A program made the translations under genes and the position numbers. Shown here piece after piece: positions 34,743 through 45,598 of a stretch of 64,000 nucleotides of DNA (position 1 is its first letter; every line of letters starts with the position of its first letter). The notes beneath the pieces were generated by a model, which saw only the letters and a program-made list of their open reading frames with translations, was not told the origin of the DNA and made no database searches. This stretch comes from Terriglobia bacterium (GTDB lineage Bacteria > Acidobacteriota > Terriglobia > Acidiferrales > UBA7541): the NCBI GenBank assembly GCA_041484365.1, contig JBGPHM010000011.1:2723-66722 (forward strand), written 5' to 3'.

Positions 34743-36188
34743 ATGCCAGTTTCTCCCATACACTTCGGCACGTCCGGGTGGCGAGCAATTATCGCCGACG
34801 AATTCACGTTTGCGAACGTGAGGCTCGCCGTGACGGCGATCGCGGGTCACGTACGAAAGAACGCCAAGAGGCCGCTGCTGATCGTCGCCCACGACACGCG
34901 CTTCTTCGCCGAAGAATTCACGCGGACTGCCACCACCATCCTGCAGGACCACAAGATTGAGGTGTTGGAGTGTGACGGCCCCGCGCCGACCCCCGCGGTG
35001 GCGTTCGAGATCCGGCGGAGAAAAACCTCCGGCGCGATCAATTTCACGGCCAGCCACAATCCGGCGGCTTACAACGGCCTGAAGTTCTCGGGGCCGGATG
35101 GGGCGCCGGCAATGCCCGAAGTCACCCGCGACATTGAGGCGCGCGCGGCGAAGCTCGATCCCCGGAAGTTCACGAAGATGCCCGGCGAGCACAATCATGA
35201 CAGCCGCGAGCCGAAGCAAATCTCGCTGCAACACGCATATCTTGCGCGAATTGCTGAACTTGTGCGCTTTGATGTAATCGCCAAAGGCAAACCGAGCATT
35301 GTTTACGACGCCCTCCATGGTTGCGCCGCGGGATATCTGGACCGCGCGCTTGCCGAGCACGGAATTTCTTGCCACACGATTCGTACAGACCGCGATGTTC
35401 TGTTCGACGGCACCGGGCCTGACGTGACAGAAGAAAACCTTGCGCCGCTACGCAAAGCAGTTCTCGACCAACACGCGAAGGTTGGGCTGGCCACAGATGG
35501 CGACGCCGACCGATTTGGGATACTTGATGCCGACGGAACGTGGATTTCGCCGAACCATATTCTTGCCCTCGTTTATGACTACCTGGTGGAAAGCCGCGGT
35601 TGGAACCTTGGCGCTGGCCGTAGCGTCGCAACTTCTCATTTGGTTGATGCCGCAGCCAGGAGCCATGGGCAAAAAGTCTTTCAAACGCCGGTAGGATTCA
35701 AATATATCGGCGAGCTGATTGAACAGGACAAGATTGCGCTCGGCGGAGAAGAGAGCGCGGGCCTAAGCATCCGTGGACACGTGCCGGAAAAGGACGGCAT
35801 CCTCGCGTGCCTGCTTGTGGCGGAGATGATCGCCGCACGCGGAAGCGCGACATTGGGAGAGCAAATCCGCGCACTATTCAAAAAAGTAGGCACAGAGTTC
35901 TGGCCGATAAGGACAAATTTGCATTTGACCGATGATGTCCAGGCGCGAACGTTGGCGCGGCTTAAGAAAGGATACAAAACATTTCGTGGGCGCCGCGTAA
36001 AGAGTTTGGACCGCACCGATGGGTTGAAACTCGAATTTGAAGACGGCTCGTGGGTGCTACTGCGATTGTCTGGGACCGAACCGTTGCTTCGTGTTTATAC
36101 GGAGGCCAGTTCGCAAGCGGCTTCTGCCCGTTTGGCTCAGGAAACACGCGGTTGGATCTATGAAGAATCCGTGATAAAGAGAACATAG
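34743..36188 (+). CDS. phosphoglucomutase/phosphomannomutase family protein
   Basis: Active-site Ser loop FTASHNPAAYNGLK, metal loop GLATDGDADRFGI, and sugar loop GGEESAG. Confidence 0.93.
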   Translation: MPVSPIHFGTSGWRAIIADEFTFANVRLAVTAIAGHVRKNAKRPLLIVAHDTRFFAEEFTRTATTILQDHKIEVLECDGPAPTPAVAFEIRRRKTSGAINFTASHNPAAYNGLKFSGPDGAPAMPEVTRDIEARAAKLDPRKFTKMPGEHNHDSREPKQISLQHAYLARIAELVRFDVIAKGKPSIVYDALHGCAAGYLDRALAEHGISCHTIRTDRDVLFDGTGPDVTEENLAPLRKAVLDQHAKVGLATDGDADRFGILDADGTWISPNHILALVYDYLVESRGWNLGAGRSVATSHLVDAAARSHGQKVFQTPVGFKYIGELIEQDKIALGGEESAGLSIRGHVPEKDGILACLLVAEMIAARGSATLGEQIRALFKKVGTEFWPIRTNLHLTDDVQARTLARLKKGYKTFRGRRVKSLDRTDGLKLEFEDGSWVLLRLSGTEPLLRVYTEASSQAASARLAQETRGWIYEESVIKRT

Positions 36189-36191
36189 AAA

Positions 36192-36539
36192 ATGAAACGT
36201 GAAAAAGAACGGCAGTCATTTTGGCGCCGCCATCTGCGAAAGATTCTGGGTATCGCGATCCTTGCAATGGCAATCCACGATGTTTTCGGCCCACATGGAT
36301 TTATCGCCATGCGCCGTACGCAGCATGAAATAACTCAGCTCACCGCCCAAATTCACCAACTCAACGCAGAGAACGAATCGCTTTCCGGCGAGGTAGATGC
36401 GCTGAAGACCGACCCGCGGCTGATCGAGCGCATCGCGCGCGAGGACATGGGTCTTGCAAAACCAGGCGAAGTTATTTTTAAGATGCCGGTCCAGCCGGAC
36501 GATTCCTCGCAGAACGCGCCCACCAAGAAAAAACATTAG
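36192..36539 (+). CDS. ftsB: septum formation initiator (FtsB/DivIC family)
   Basis: Single TM ILGIAILAMAI, coiled coil HEITQLTAQIHQLNAENESLSGEVDALK, and DPRLIERIAREDMGLAKPGEVIF. Confidence 0.8.
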   Translation: MKREKERQSFWRRHLRKILGIAILAMAIHDVFGPHGFIAMRRTQHEITQLTAQIHQLNAENESLSGEVDALKTDPRLIERIAREDMGLAKPGEVIFKMPVQPDDSSQNAPTKKKH

Positions 36540-36568
36540 ACCCCTGCGCGGCTTATTTCGCCTTCAAT

Positions 36569-37696
36569 TCAGGCAGGCCGTGCGCTCTTGCGCCATTTCA
36601 GTCTCGTGCGTAGAACTGCGAGGACAGTCATTGAAACAAAAATAATCAGCAGGCCAAACGAGGCCGAACGCACGGATTGGGTATGTCTCTCGAGAATTGA
36701 GAGCGCGGTATAGACAAATGTGATGTGCACCCAATAAACGAGGAGCGACGCTTTTCCAAGTGTGATGAATGGACTGAAGCCCACCACGCCCGGCCCCCAG
36801 CGGCACCAGACATACGAAAGCCACAAAATTGCCAGAACGATTCCTACTCGAATCGCAAAGAAGCTTGGGCTCGTGTGCCAGAAGTCGAATTCGGAATAGA
36901 CCTGCAGCGGCTGCACGGCGGCTAACAATGCGAAGCCCGCTATCGCAGTTCCGGCAGCGGCTAGAAGACTGAGCGCACGCGCCTGCTGATTTCGCGCCAA
37001 ATCCGTGACCAAGAAAAAACCAACGGCCAATCCGGCAAATGCGAAACCAGCCCAGGGGAAAAATGGAAAGAGCCAGGGCTGTGGCTTGCCGTAGATGTGG
37101 ACTCCATTGACGTAAGACCCGAGAATCCACGGAAGCCTGTGCGGACGCCATGTGGTCCACAAAGGTGGAGTTACAAATGAAATTACGAACGCTATTGCTG
37201 CTGCGGACCACACGGATTTCCATCGCAGGTCTTCGATGTTCATTGAGGTTGATGCCGATGCGATTTTCCCGACGCACCAACACACGATTCCCATTACCAC
37301 CATGCTCACGCCGATCATGTTCAGAATATCCACGCGGAACAGATCCGTCCACGGCGATGGGGGATGTCCCTGGCCCATCACGAACATTTGCAAACGGAAC
37401 AGAAGGCCGAGCGCAAGAATTTCTCCGCCGCGAAGAATTGTCTTGCGCGCGATTTCGCCGGATGAGGCCCCCCGCCTGCGAAGGCTGTCGGTCGTCATTG
37501 CGAAGGAGATGCCTGCCAGAAATAGAAAAAGTGGCGCAGGCAAAGTGCCGACAAGTTGCGAAAACTTGAAAAAAGTTGACTGGCGCGCGGCAGGGCTGAG
37601 CCAGGAGTCAAAGCAATGCGTCTGGAACATCGTCAGACACGCGAACCCACGCATCCAGTCAATGTAGTCGAGGCGCTTGGCGGTTTCTGTGGTCAT
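36569..37696 (-). CDS. DUF1624 / heparan-alpha-glucosaminide N-acetyltransferase-like membrane acyltransferase
   Basis: RLDYIDWMRGFACLTMFQTHCFDSW followed by about 10 TM segments. Confidence 0.75.
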   Translation of the reverse strand: MTTETAKRLDYIDWMRGFACLTMFQTHCFDSWLSPAARQSTFFKFSQLVGTLPAPLFLFLAGISFAMTTDSLRRRGASSGEIARKTILRGGEILALGLLFRLQMFVMGQGHPPSPWTDLFRVDILNMIGVSMVVMGIVCWCVGKIASASTSMNIEDLRWKSVWSAAAIAFVISFVTPPLWTTWRPHRLPWILGSYVNGVHIYGKPQPWLFPFFPWAGFAFAGLAVGFFLVTDLARNQQARALSLLAAAGTAIAGFALLAAVQPLQVYSEFDFWHTSPSFFAIRVGIVLAILWLSYVWCRWGPGVVGFSPFITLGKASLLVYWVHITFVYTALSILERHTQSVRSASFGLLIIFVSMTVLAVLRTRLKWRKSARPA

Positions 37697-37731
37697 CGGT
37701 GTCTATAAAAGTTGGGATAGACTATCGCGTG

Positions 37732-38706
37732 ATGGCTTATTCATGCCAGTTGCGAATTCTACCGGCACTCGGGCTCTGGGCTGCGCTCGTGTCCTCAGGA
37801 CTGTTTTACGCTGTGTGGCTGGGTTACGGCGGGCGGGCGCTTGCGTTCACGGCCATCGCGTTTGGAGCGCTCCTCGCGGGTGAGATTCTTCCGGCCGCTG
37901 GGCGTGTAACCGAGCGATTGCACCGCGCGCTGGCTGCACCGATTGCGTGGCTGCTCGCGGCCCCGATTCTCGCCGCATATGGCAGCTATGCGATCGGCAC
38001 GGGCAGTTCCGCGGGATGGCGCTGGCTGCTTGCCGTTGCATACGTCCTTGTGCCCCTTGCGCTCCTCTCGCTTGGCGAGGGAGGAGGGCCCGGGTGGTAC
38101 GACTACGCCGCCCTCGCCACAATCGCGATTCCAGTAAAGATGAATTGGATCGCCACGCTCTGGCCCTATCCCGACGACAAGTTGGCGCACACTTTGTCGG
38201 TACTGTTGGCAATGAACGTGGCGGTGGCTGGATTCCTTTTTGTGCGGAGGATTGACGGAGTCGGTTATGCGCTCGAGTGGACAAGCAACCAAACGTTTGC
38301 AGTTTGTGTCGGCGTAGCCGTAATGGTCGTCGTGGCAATTCCAGCAGGGTTGGCGTTGCGCTTCCTGCATTGGGCGCCGGGCCACGCGGGTTGGGCATCT
38401 CTGCCAGTCACCACACTTGGTATTTTCTTCTTCATCGCCTGGCCCGAAGAATTCGTGTTTCGCGGTCTGCTGCAAAAAATGCTTTCCCGCACGTTTAAGA
38501 GCCAAAGCTTGGGATGGATTGTTGCGTCGGTGCTGTTCGGGCTCGCGCACATCGCAAACGGATTTTTTCCCAACTGGAAGTATGCGCTGCTCGCAACTTT
38601 CGCCGGATTTGTCTACGGCTGGACGTGGCGTAAGGCGGGAAATATTTTCGCGTCAGCGATTGTGCATTGTGTGGTGGATACAGTGTGGCACGCGCTCTTT
38701 ACGTGA
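37732..38706 (+). CDS. CPBP-family intramembrane glutamic endopeptidase (CAAX protease-like)
   Basis: Motif 1 WPEEFVFRGLL, motif 2 FGLAHI, motif 3 SAIVHCVVD. The ORF opens at GTG-37699, only 2 nt from the divergent gene start. Confidence 0.85.
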   Translation: MAYSCQLRILPALGLWAALVSSGLFYAVWLGYGGRALAFTAIAFGALLAGEILPAAGRVTERLHRALAAPIAWLLAAPILAAYGSYAIGTGSSAGWRWLLAVAYVLVPLALLSLGEGGGPGWYDYAALATIAIPVKMNWIATLWPYPDDKLAHTLSVLLAMNVAVAGFLFVRRIDGVGYALEWTSNQTFAVCVGVAVMVVVAIPAGLALRFLHWAPGHAGWASLPVTTLGIFFFIAWPEEFVFRGLLQKMLSRTFKSQSLGWIVASVLFGLAHIANGFFPNWKYALLATFAGFVYGWTWRKAGNIFASAIVHCVVDTVWHALFT

Positions 38707-38712
38707 ACAATT

Positions 38713-39489
38713 CTACCGAACGACGCCGCTGAGCGGGCTCGACGCCGTTGCGTAAAGTTTTTTCGGTATGCGTCCGGCGAGATATGCCTTGCGGCCCGCC
38801 TCGACTGCGGCGCGCATCGCCTCAGCCATCAGCACGGCGTCCTGCGCTTCAGCGATGGCCGTATTCATCAGCACGCCATCGGCGCCAAGCTCCATGGCGA
38901 CGGCGGCATCGGAAGCCGTGCCCACGCCCGCGTCAATGATGAGCGGAACCTCAGTGATGCGCTCGCGCAGGATGCGGAGGTTCGCGGAATTCTGAATTCC
39001 CATCCCGGAGCCAATCGGCGCGCCAAGCGGCATCACCGCTGCTGCGCCCGCATCGACAAGGCGGCGAGCGACAATCAGGTCGTCGCTTGTGTAGGGCAGG
39101 ACCGTGAACCCTTCCTTCGCGAGCACTTCGGTCGCCTGAAGCAGCGCGGCGGTGTCAGGAAATAATGTTTGCTGGTCGCCGATCACCTCAAGTTTTACCC
39201 AATCCGAGAGCCCCACTTCGCGCGCAAGGCGCGCGGCGCGAATGGCTTCGTCCGCCGTGTAGCAACCCGCCGTGTTGGGCAGAAGAAAATATTTGGCGCG
39301 ATCAAGATAATCGAGCAGCGATTCCTTTGTCTTATCGGTCAGGTTCACGCGGCGGACAGCGACCGTAACCATGTCCGCGCCGGATGCTTCAATGGCGCGC
39401 GCCATCTCCGGAAAGCTGCGGTACTTCCCTGTGCCGACAATAAGCCGCGATTGAAACGCGCGGCCCGCAATCACAAGTTGATCGTTCAT
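38713..39489 (-). CDS. thiG: thiazole synthase
   Basis: ATG-39489 is preceded by GGGGAA. Contains LIVGTGKY...VKLEVIGD...[14 protein letters not shown]...[11 protein letters not shown]. The ORF opens at 39534. Confidence 0.95.
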   Translation of the reverse strand: MNDQLVIAGRAFQSRLIVGTGKYRSFPEMARAIEASGADMVTVAVRRVNLTDKTKESLLDYLDRAKYFLLPNTAGCYTADEAIRAARLAREVGLSDWVKLEVIGDQQTLFPDTAALLQATEVLAKEGFTVLPYTSDDLIVARRLVDAGAAAVMPLGAPIGSGMGIQNSANLRILRERITEVPLIIDAGVGTASDAAVAMELGADGVLMNTAIAEAQDAVLMAEAMRAAVEAGRKAYLAGRIPKKLYATASSPLSGVVR

Positions 39490-39559
39490 TGGGTTCCCCA
39501 AAACAATTCTACTGCGGTGCTGGATGGAGGCCAAGTCAGCCTGGCCAAATCCGTGTGAC

Positions 39560-41383
39560 CTATTCCGCGGATGAGGAATGCGCGATGGGCCGAGGCTCTT
39601 CCACGTCCGCGTAAAGCTGCTCGATGACTGCTGCGTAGCGCTGCTCGATGATGCGCCGCTTGAGCTTCATCGTGTATGTGAGTTCGCCATTCTCAAAACT
39701 GAAATCCTGATCCAGCAAAGCGAATCGCTTTATCGTCTCGTATTGCGCCACGTGCGAATTGATCCGCTGCACTTCCCTGCCGATCAGCTCGCGTACCCAG
39801 GGATCCTCAGGAATCACCGCTTGTGATGCAAATTGGCGTCCCTCTTCGGCGGCTGCGGCTTGCACCCGCGCGAAATTCGGAACCAGTAGCGCCACCACGA
39901 ATTTTCGCCGGTCGCCAACAACACACGCGCCCTGAATGTATGGGCTCATCTTGAGCGCGTTCTCAATCGGCTGCGGGGCGACGTATTTTCCGCCCGCAGT
40001 CTTGAGCAACTCTTTCTTGCGATCCGTGATGGTCAGGAATCCGTCGGCGTCGAGATTACCAATGTCGCCGGTGGACAGCCATCCATCGGCGGAAATCGTG
40101 GCAGCGGTTTCGTCGGGCCGCAGATAGTATCCCTTCATCACGTGCGGACCGCGCGTAAGTATTTCGCCATCCGCCGCGATGCGAATCTCAATGTTCGGTA
40201 TCGCCCGGCCGACGGTCCCGACCTTGTTCGCCTCCACCCGGCTGACGGTAATCACTGGAGAAGATTCCGTAAGTCCGTAGCCTTGCAGCACCGTCAATCC
40301 AACAGACCAGTAGAATTCAGCCAGCTCTTTTGCCAGCGGTGCGCCACCGGAAATGAATTCGCGGAGACGTCCGCCCAGACCGGCGCGGATCTTTGTGTAG
40401 ACAAGTTTGTCGGCGAGCCACCAACGGAGCTTTAATCCAACGGAAGCGGATTTCCCGTAGGCCTTCCAGCTCACGGAATCGCCAGCCACGCGCAGCGCCC
40501 AATCGAAAATCTTCCGTTTCCCTCCCGTTTCTCTGTGGCCCTTCTCGATGATATTCGCGTAGAGCTTTTCAAATACGCGCGGCACGGCTCCAGCAAGTGT
40601 GGGCTTCACTTCCAAAAGCGCCTGGGGAAGTTTCTCCATCGCATCCACATACGCGATGCTCACTCCGTTGAATAAATAGACGTAACCGAGCGTGCGTTCA
40701 TACACGTGAGCCAGAGGAAGGAACTCGAGGCCGATGTCGCTGGGACTGTAGTCACTGCTGGAAAGTGAGTCTTCGGCATTCGAGGAGAGATTCGAGTGCG
40801 TGAGCATGACGCCCTTCGGCTCGCCCGTCGTCCCGGAGGTATAGATGATTGTTGCCAGCGTTTCCGGCGAAGCATCGGCAACGCGAATGCGGTACGCGGT
40901 GATGTCGGCATCGCCGGCATTTGAGATTAGGGTTTCGTAGCGAAGGGCGTCGGAACCGTAATCGGTTTCCGCGTCCGCGACAATAATGTGCTTCACGGTC
41001 CTCAATTCCGCGCGGCAGGCCATCAACTTTTCCGCCTGCTCGCCCCCCGCAACAAACGCGGCGATTGCGCCCGAGTGGTTCAAGATGTAAGTCAACCGCT
41101 CTTTGGATTCGCGGAAGTACACCGGAACGTCCGAGGCGCCGAGGCCGAGAATCGCAAAGTCTGCGATGTGCCATTCGGGACGGTTGGCGGCGAATAATCC
41201 GACTCGGTCGCCCGGCTTAACGCCAAGCTCAACGAGCGCCCGCGAAAGGCCGGCGACGCGGCGAAGCATTTCGCGCGCGGGGATCGATTCCCACACGGAA
41301 GGGCCGCGGAACATTTGCGTGCTCGGATTGTTGAAGCGCTCGAGCGAATCGAGGAACCGTCGAGTTAGAGTGGGGTAGCTCAC
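39560..41383 (-). CDS. long-chain fatty-acid--CoA ligase (AMP-binding superfamily)
   Basis: AMP motif [20 protein letters not shown], then GYGLTESS and [33 protein letters not shown]. The start is set at GTG-41383 ([13 protein letters not shown]). The ORF is open to 41893, but that extension overlaps hutU and looks non-coding. Confidence 0.88.
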   Translation of the reverse strand: MSYPTLTRRFLDSLERFNNPSTQMFRGPSVWESIPAREMLRRVAGLSRALVELGVKPGDRVGLFAANRPEWHIADFAILGLGASDVPVYFRESKERLTYILNHSGAIAAFVAGGEQAEKLMACRAELRTVKHIIVADAETDYGSDALRYETLISNAGDADITAYRIRVADASPETLATIIYTSGTTGEPKGVMLTHSNLSSNAEDSLSSSDYSPSDIGLEFLPLAHVYERTLGYVYLFNGVSIAYVDAMEKLPQALLEVKPTLAGAVPRVFEKLYANIIEKGHRETGGKRKIFDWALRVAGDSVSWKAYGKSASVGLKLRWWLADKLVYTKIRAGLGGRLREFISGGAPLAKELAEFYWSVGLTVLQGYGLTESSPVITVSRVEANKVGTVGRAIPNIEIRIAADGEILTRGPHVMKGYYLRPDETAATISADGWLSTGDIGNLDADGFLTITDRKKELLKTAGGKYVAPQPIENALKMSPYIQGACVVGDRRKFVVALLVPNFARVQAAAAEEGRQFASQAVIPEDPWVRELIGREVQRINSHVAQYETIKRFALLDQDFSFENGELTYTMKLKRRIIEQRYAAVIEQLYADVEEPRPIAHSSSAE

Positions 41384-41522
41384 GGCTTCAACGAGATGCG
41401 GATACACTGCAAGGTGATTGCATCGTAAGCCGAATGTATCGCAGCGGCGCTGCGGGTGCAATGTTGAGTAATCGATGCTCCAACGGGCTTCACTGTAGCC
41501 CGCGAATCGCCCCTGCGCTAAG

Positions 41523-43220
41523 ATGGCGGCTGCGGAAATTACGATGGCACCACTCAACACAACCACCGAGACCGGATACCAGCCCGTGCGCGCGCCGCGC
41601 GGCACGCAAATCTCCTGCAAGGGTTGGCAGCAGGAAGCCGCGCTCCGCATGTTGATGAACAATCTCGACCCTGACGTTGCCGAGCGGCCGGAAGACCTCG
41701 TCGTGTATGGCGGCACGGGAAAGGCCGCGCGCAACTGGGCGTGCTTCCGCGCTATCGTTGATTCGTTACGCGCGCTTGAAAACGACGAGACGCTGCTCGT
41801 GCAGTCCGGTAAGCCCGTGGCAATTTTTCGCACGCACGAGTATGCACCTCGCGTGCTCATCGCCAACTCAAATCTCGTCGGACACTGGAACAACTGGAAG
41901 CACTTCGGCGAACTCGATCGCGCAGGCCTGATGATGTACGGCCAGATGACCGCCGGCAGTTGGATTTATATCGGCACGCAAGGAATCCTGCAGGGCACTT
42001 ACGAGACTTTTGCCGCGGCGGCGCGAAAACATTTTGGCGGAGACCTCGCTGGGAAATTGGTCGTCAGCGGCGGCATGGGCGGAATGGGCGGCGCGCAGCC
42101 GCTGGCAGCGACTCTCAACGGCGGGGCGTTTTTGGGCATTGATGTTGATCCAGAGCGAATAAAGAAAAGACTGCGCATGGGATATTGCGAGGTCATGGTC
42201 AACGACCTTGACGAAGCGCTTCGCATATTGAAGAACGCCGTGCGCAAGCGCGGAGCCGCTTCTGTAGGGCTGGTCGGAAATTGCGCGGAAATTATTCCGG
42301 AGCTGGCGCGGCGGGGCGTTGTTCCGGACTTGCTCACGGACCAGACTTCGGCGCACGACCCGCTGAATGGGTACATCCCCAAGGGCTGCACCGTCGAGCA
42401 GGCAGCAGAATTAAGGAAGCGGAATCCCGATGAGTATCAAGACCGCGCGCTCGATTCCATTGCGGCGCATGTGCGCGGAATGCTCGACTTGCAAAAACTC
42501 GGTGCTGTGACGTTCGATTATGGCAACAACATCCGCACTTTTGCATTCGAGCGAGGCGTCACAAATGCTTACGACTTCCCCGGCTTTGTGCCCGAATATA
42601 TTCGTCCGCTGTTTTGCGAAGGGCGCGGCCCGTTCCGTTGGGCCGCACTTTCGGGCGAGGCCTCGGACATCCACCGCACCGACCAACTCGTGCTTGAAAT
42701 GTTTCCGCACGATGAGGTGCTGACGCGCTGGATTCGGCTGGCGCAAAAGCGCGTGAAGTTCCAGGGCTTACCGGCGCGCATCTGCTGGCTGGGCTACGGC
42801 GAGCGCGACAAATTCGGCTTGGCGCTGAATGACCTTGTCGCCAAGGGCGAGTTGAAAGCGCCGATTGTCATGGGCCGCGACCACCTGGATTGCGGCTCGG
42901 TCGCGTCGCCTTACCGCGAAACGGAAAAAATGCTCGATGGCTCCGACGCGGTTGCCGATTGGGCGCTGCTCAATGCCCTGCTCAGCACTGCGAGCGGCGC
43001 GTCGTGGGTGTCCATTCACAACGGCGGCGGCGTGGGCATCGGCTACGCGCAACACTCCGGGCAAGTCACCGTTGCCGACGGCACCAAGGAGATGGCCGCG
43101 CGCATCGAGCGTGTGCTCACGAACGATCCCGGCATCGGCGTCGCCCGCCACGCGGACGCGGGCTACCCCCAGGCGATCAATTTCGCCCGCAAACATTCGG
43201 TGCGAATTCCAATGTTGTGA
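41523..43220 (+). CDS. hutU: urocanate hydratase
   Basis: Contains [63 protein letters not shown] and HADAGY. Confidence 0.97.
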   Translation: MAAAEITMAPLNTTTETGYQPVRAPRGTQISCKGWQQEAALRMLMNNLDPDVAERPEDLVVYGGTGKAARNWACFRAIVDSLRALENDETLLVQSGKPVAIFRTHEYAPRVLIANSNLVGHWNNWKHFGELDRAGLMMYGQMTAGSWIYIGTQGILQGTYETFAAAARKHFGGDLAGKLVVSGGMGGMGGAQPLAATLNGGAFLGIDVDPERIKKRLRMGYCEVMVNDLDEALRILKNAVRKRGAASVGLVGNCAEIIPELARRGVVPDLLTDQTSAHDPLNGYIPKGCTVEQAAELRKRNPDEYQDRALDSIAAHVRGMLDLQKLGAVTFDYGNNIRTFAFERGVTNAYDFPGFVPEYIRPLFCEGRGPFRWAALSGEASDIHRTDQLVLEMFPHDEVLTRWIRLAQKRVKFQGLPARICWLGYGERDKFGLALNDLVAKGELKAPIVMGRDHLDCGSVASPYRETEKMLDGSDAVADWALLNALLSTASGASWVSIHNGGGVGIGYAQHSGQVTVADGTKEMAARIERVLTNDPGIGVARHADAGYPQAINFARKHSVRIPML

Positions 43221-43317
43221 ACGAGACCGGCCAACAATTGTTTGCACCAATCCGTAATCTTGAAACATCTAAGCCCAATGAGTTAGAAGTGCGCGAATGG
43301 TCTAGAGAAAGGACACC

Positions 43318-44220
43318 ATGATCGTCGTAACTGGAGCCACAGGGAACACGGGAAAAGTAGTTGCGGACACTCTATTGGCGGCGGGCGAAAAAATACGCGT
43401 CATCGGGCGCAGCGCCGACAAACTTCAACAATTCGTTGCAAAGGGAGCGGAAGCGTTTGTTGGCAACGTGACCGACGCCGACGCAATGACGCGCGCGTTC
43501 ACGGGCGCTACCGCCGTTTATGCGCTAATTCCGATCGATTTGAAAGCGCCTAAATTACGCGAATATCAAGCAGCGGTGGGCGAGTCATTTGGCACCGCGC
43601 TGGAACGCGCTGGCGTGAAGTACGCCGTCTCGCTCAGCAGCTATGGCGCGCAGGTAGCCGAAGGCGCCGGCCCCATCAGCGGGCTGCACCACTACGAGCA
43701 ACGCCTGAACCGCGTGCCCGGCCTCAATATTCTCCACTTGCGCGCGGGGTATTTCTTCGAGAATTTCTTCATGGCAGTCCACGTTTACAAGACGATGGGC
43801 TTTTTCAGCAGCCTCCCGAAGGGCGACGTACCAATTCCAATGATCGCGACACGCGACATCGGAGTCCGCGCGGCAGCAGAATTGCGTTCGCTTAGCTTCG
43901 TCGGTAAGCAGACTCAGGAACTGCTTGGCCCACGCGATCTCACGTTGGACGAAGCGGCGCGCATTTTCGGGACCGCCATTGGCAAGCCGGGCCTCGGTTA
44001 CATGCAGGCTCCGGGGATGATGGCTAAGCCGGCGCTTTTGCAGGCTGGGATTTCCGCGGACGTGGCCGACAACTTCATTGAAATGTCGAAGGCCATCAGT
44101 GACAAGCGAGTTGTCGGGCTTGAGAAACGCAGCGCGAAGAACACGACTCCGACGACCTTCGAGACCTTTGTCGCCGAAGTGCTCGTGCCCGTGTTCAAGG
44201 GGCAATCTGCCACCGCATAA
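43318..44220 (+). CDS. NmrA-like / atypical SDR NAD(P)-binding protein
   Basis: N-terminal Rossmann motif MIVVTGATGNTGKVVADTLL. Length and layout match the NmrA family. Confidence 0.85.
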   Translation: MIVVTGATGNTGKVVADTLLAAGEKIRVIGRSADKLQQFVAKGAEAFVGNVTDADAMTRAFTGATAVYALIPIDLKAPKLREYQAAVGESFGTALERAGVKYAVSLSSYGAQVAEGAGPISGLHHYEQRLNRVPGLNILHLRAGYFFENFFMAVHVYKTMGFFSSLPKGDVPIPMIATRDIGVRAAAELRSLSFVGKQTQELLGPRDLTLDEAARIFGTAIGKPGLGYMQAPGMMAKPALLQAGISADVADNFIEMSKAISDKRVVGLEKRSAKNTTPTTFETFVAEVLVPVFKGQSATA

Positions 44221-44268
44221 CCAGAGATTTCTCAACCCCACGAATCGGCCGGCCACTAATTCGCAGGT

Positions 44269-45570
44269 TTGGGCGATAATATCCGGGCTGTGAACAAACC
44301 TGTCCTTATCACCGGCTGCGCGGAATTGCTCACGCTTCGCGGCGCTAGTCCGCGCCGCGGGCGGCATCTTGCCGACCTCGCAATCATTCGCGATGGCGCA
44401 ATGCTAATCCGCGATGGACGCATTGCCGCCATTGGCCGACGCGCTGACTTATTGCGAAGCGCTTCCGCGCGCGGCGCAACAAAGCTCGACCTCGGAGGCC
44501 GCGTGGTTCTTCCGGGCTTTGTTGATTCGCACACGCATTTAGTATTCGCGGCTACCCGCGCCGACGAGTATGAGAAGCGCATCGCCGGAGCCACTTACGA
44601 AGGGATTTCCCGCGCGGGCGGCGGAATTCTTTCATCGGTGAAGAAACTACGCGCCGCGAAGCCTGATGCGTTAAGGGGCCGCGCAATCGCATCTCTGCAA
44701 CGATTCGCGGAGCACGGCACGACGACCGTCGAAGCCAAGTCCGGATATGGCCTCAACGCCAAATCAGAATTGGCGACGCTGCGTCTTCACCGTGAACTGG
44801 CTCTCCACCAGCCCATCAGCATCGTCTCGACATTTCTCGGCGCGCACGTCGTTCCGCCGGAATTTCGCAGAAGGCGTAATGGGGCAGATGAGTACCTCGA
44901 ATTCCTGTGCCATAAATTAATTCCACAAATCGCCGGAGAAGGCCTCGCGGACTTCTGCGACGTTTTCTGCGATCGCGGCGCGTTCACGGTCACGCAAGCC
45001 CGCAAGGTCCTTACGGCTGCTCGCGCCTGCGGAATGGGTATTCGCATTCATGCCGACCAGATCGCACGCACGTGTGCCGCGCGGCTCGCGGTTGAGCTGC
45101 ACGCCGCCAGCGCGGACCACCTCGAACAAATTACATCCGCCGACATTCACGCGCTCGCCAAATCTGACACCGTGGCTACTTTCCTCCCCGGCTGCGACTT
45201 CCATCTTGGATTGCCGCAGAGGGCCCCAGCGCGAAAGCTCATCGAAGCGGGAGCCATCGTCGCGCTTGCCACCGACTACAATCCCGGCACCAGCCCCACG
45301 CTCAGCATGGCCATGATTCTTTCGCTCGCCTGCAACCAATTGCGGATGTCCCCTGCCGAGGCCATCGCCGCCACAACAATCAACGCGGCCTATTCGCTGC
45401 GGCGGCACGCAAGCATCGGCTCTCTCGAGGTTGGCAAGTATGCTGAAATTTCCGTGTTCGATGTGGCCGACCACCGCGAAATCCCGTACTATTTCGGTGT
45501 AAACCTTTGCGTGCTCACGATGAAGCGTGGAAACGTGATTTACGCTCGCGCGGGCTCGGGTTTGCGCTGA
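44269..45570 (+). CDS. hutI: imidazolonepropionase
   Basis: Contains VLPGFVDSHTHLVFA...GGGI...HADQ...DYNPGTSP. The start is uncertain (TTG-44269 or GTG-44290). Confidence 0.95.
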   Translation: MGDNIRAVNKPVLITGCAELLTLRGASPRRGRHLADLAIIRDGAMLIRDGRIAAIGRRADLLRSASARGATKLDLGGRVVLPGFVDSHTHLVFAATRADEYEKRIAGATYEGISRAGGGILSSVKKLRAAKPDALRGRAIASLQRFAEHGTTTVEAKSGYGLNAKSELATLRLHRELALHQPISIVSTFLGAHVVPPEFRRRRNGADEYLEFLCHKLIPQIAGEGLADFCDVFCDRGAFTVTQARKVLTAARACGMGIRIHADQIARTCAARLAVELHAASADHLEQITSADIHALAKSDTVATFLPGCDFHLGLPQRAPARKLIEAGAIVALATDYNPGTSPTLSMAMILSLACNQLRMSPAEAIAATTINAAYSLRRHASIGSLEVGKYAEISVFDVADHREIPYYFGVNLCVLTMKRGNVIYARAGSGLR

Positions 45571-45598
45571 AGTCAAATCCAGGAAACTACCGCCAACC

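Noticed and set aside
39490-39559. TPP riboswitch upstream of thiG.
   Set aside because: Only about 70 nt are available between the upstream stop and the thiG start, and no CUGAGA / ACCUGAUCUGGAUAAUGCCAGCG-like core is present. There is only a 5-bp hairpin (ggcca...tggcc).
41384-41893. A 170-codon N-terminal extension of the acyl-CoA synthetase ORF (the track gives 777 aa).
   Set aside because: The extension overlaps the hutU start on the other strand and is Cys/Arg/Ser-rich with no AMP-ligase similarity. Homologues are about 600 aa. GTG-41383 gives a typical N-terminus.
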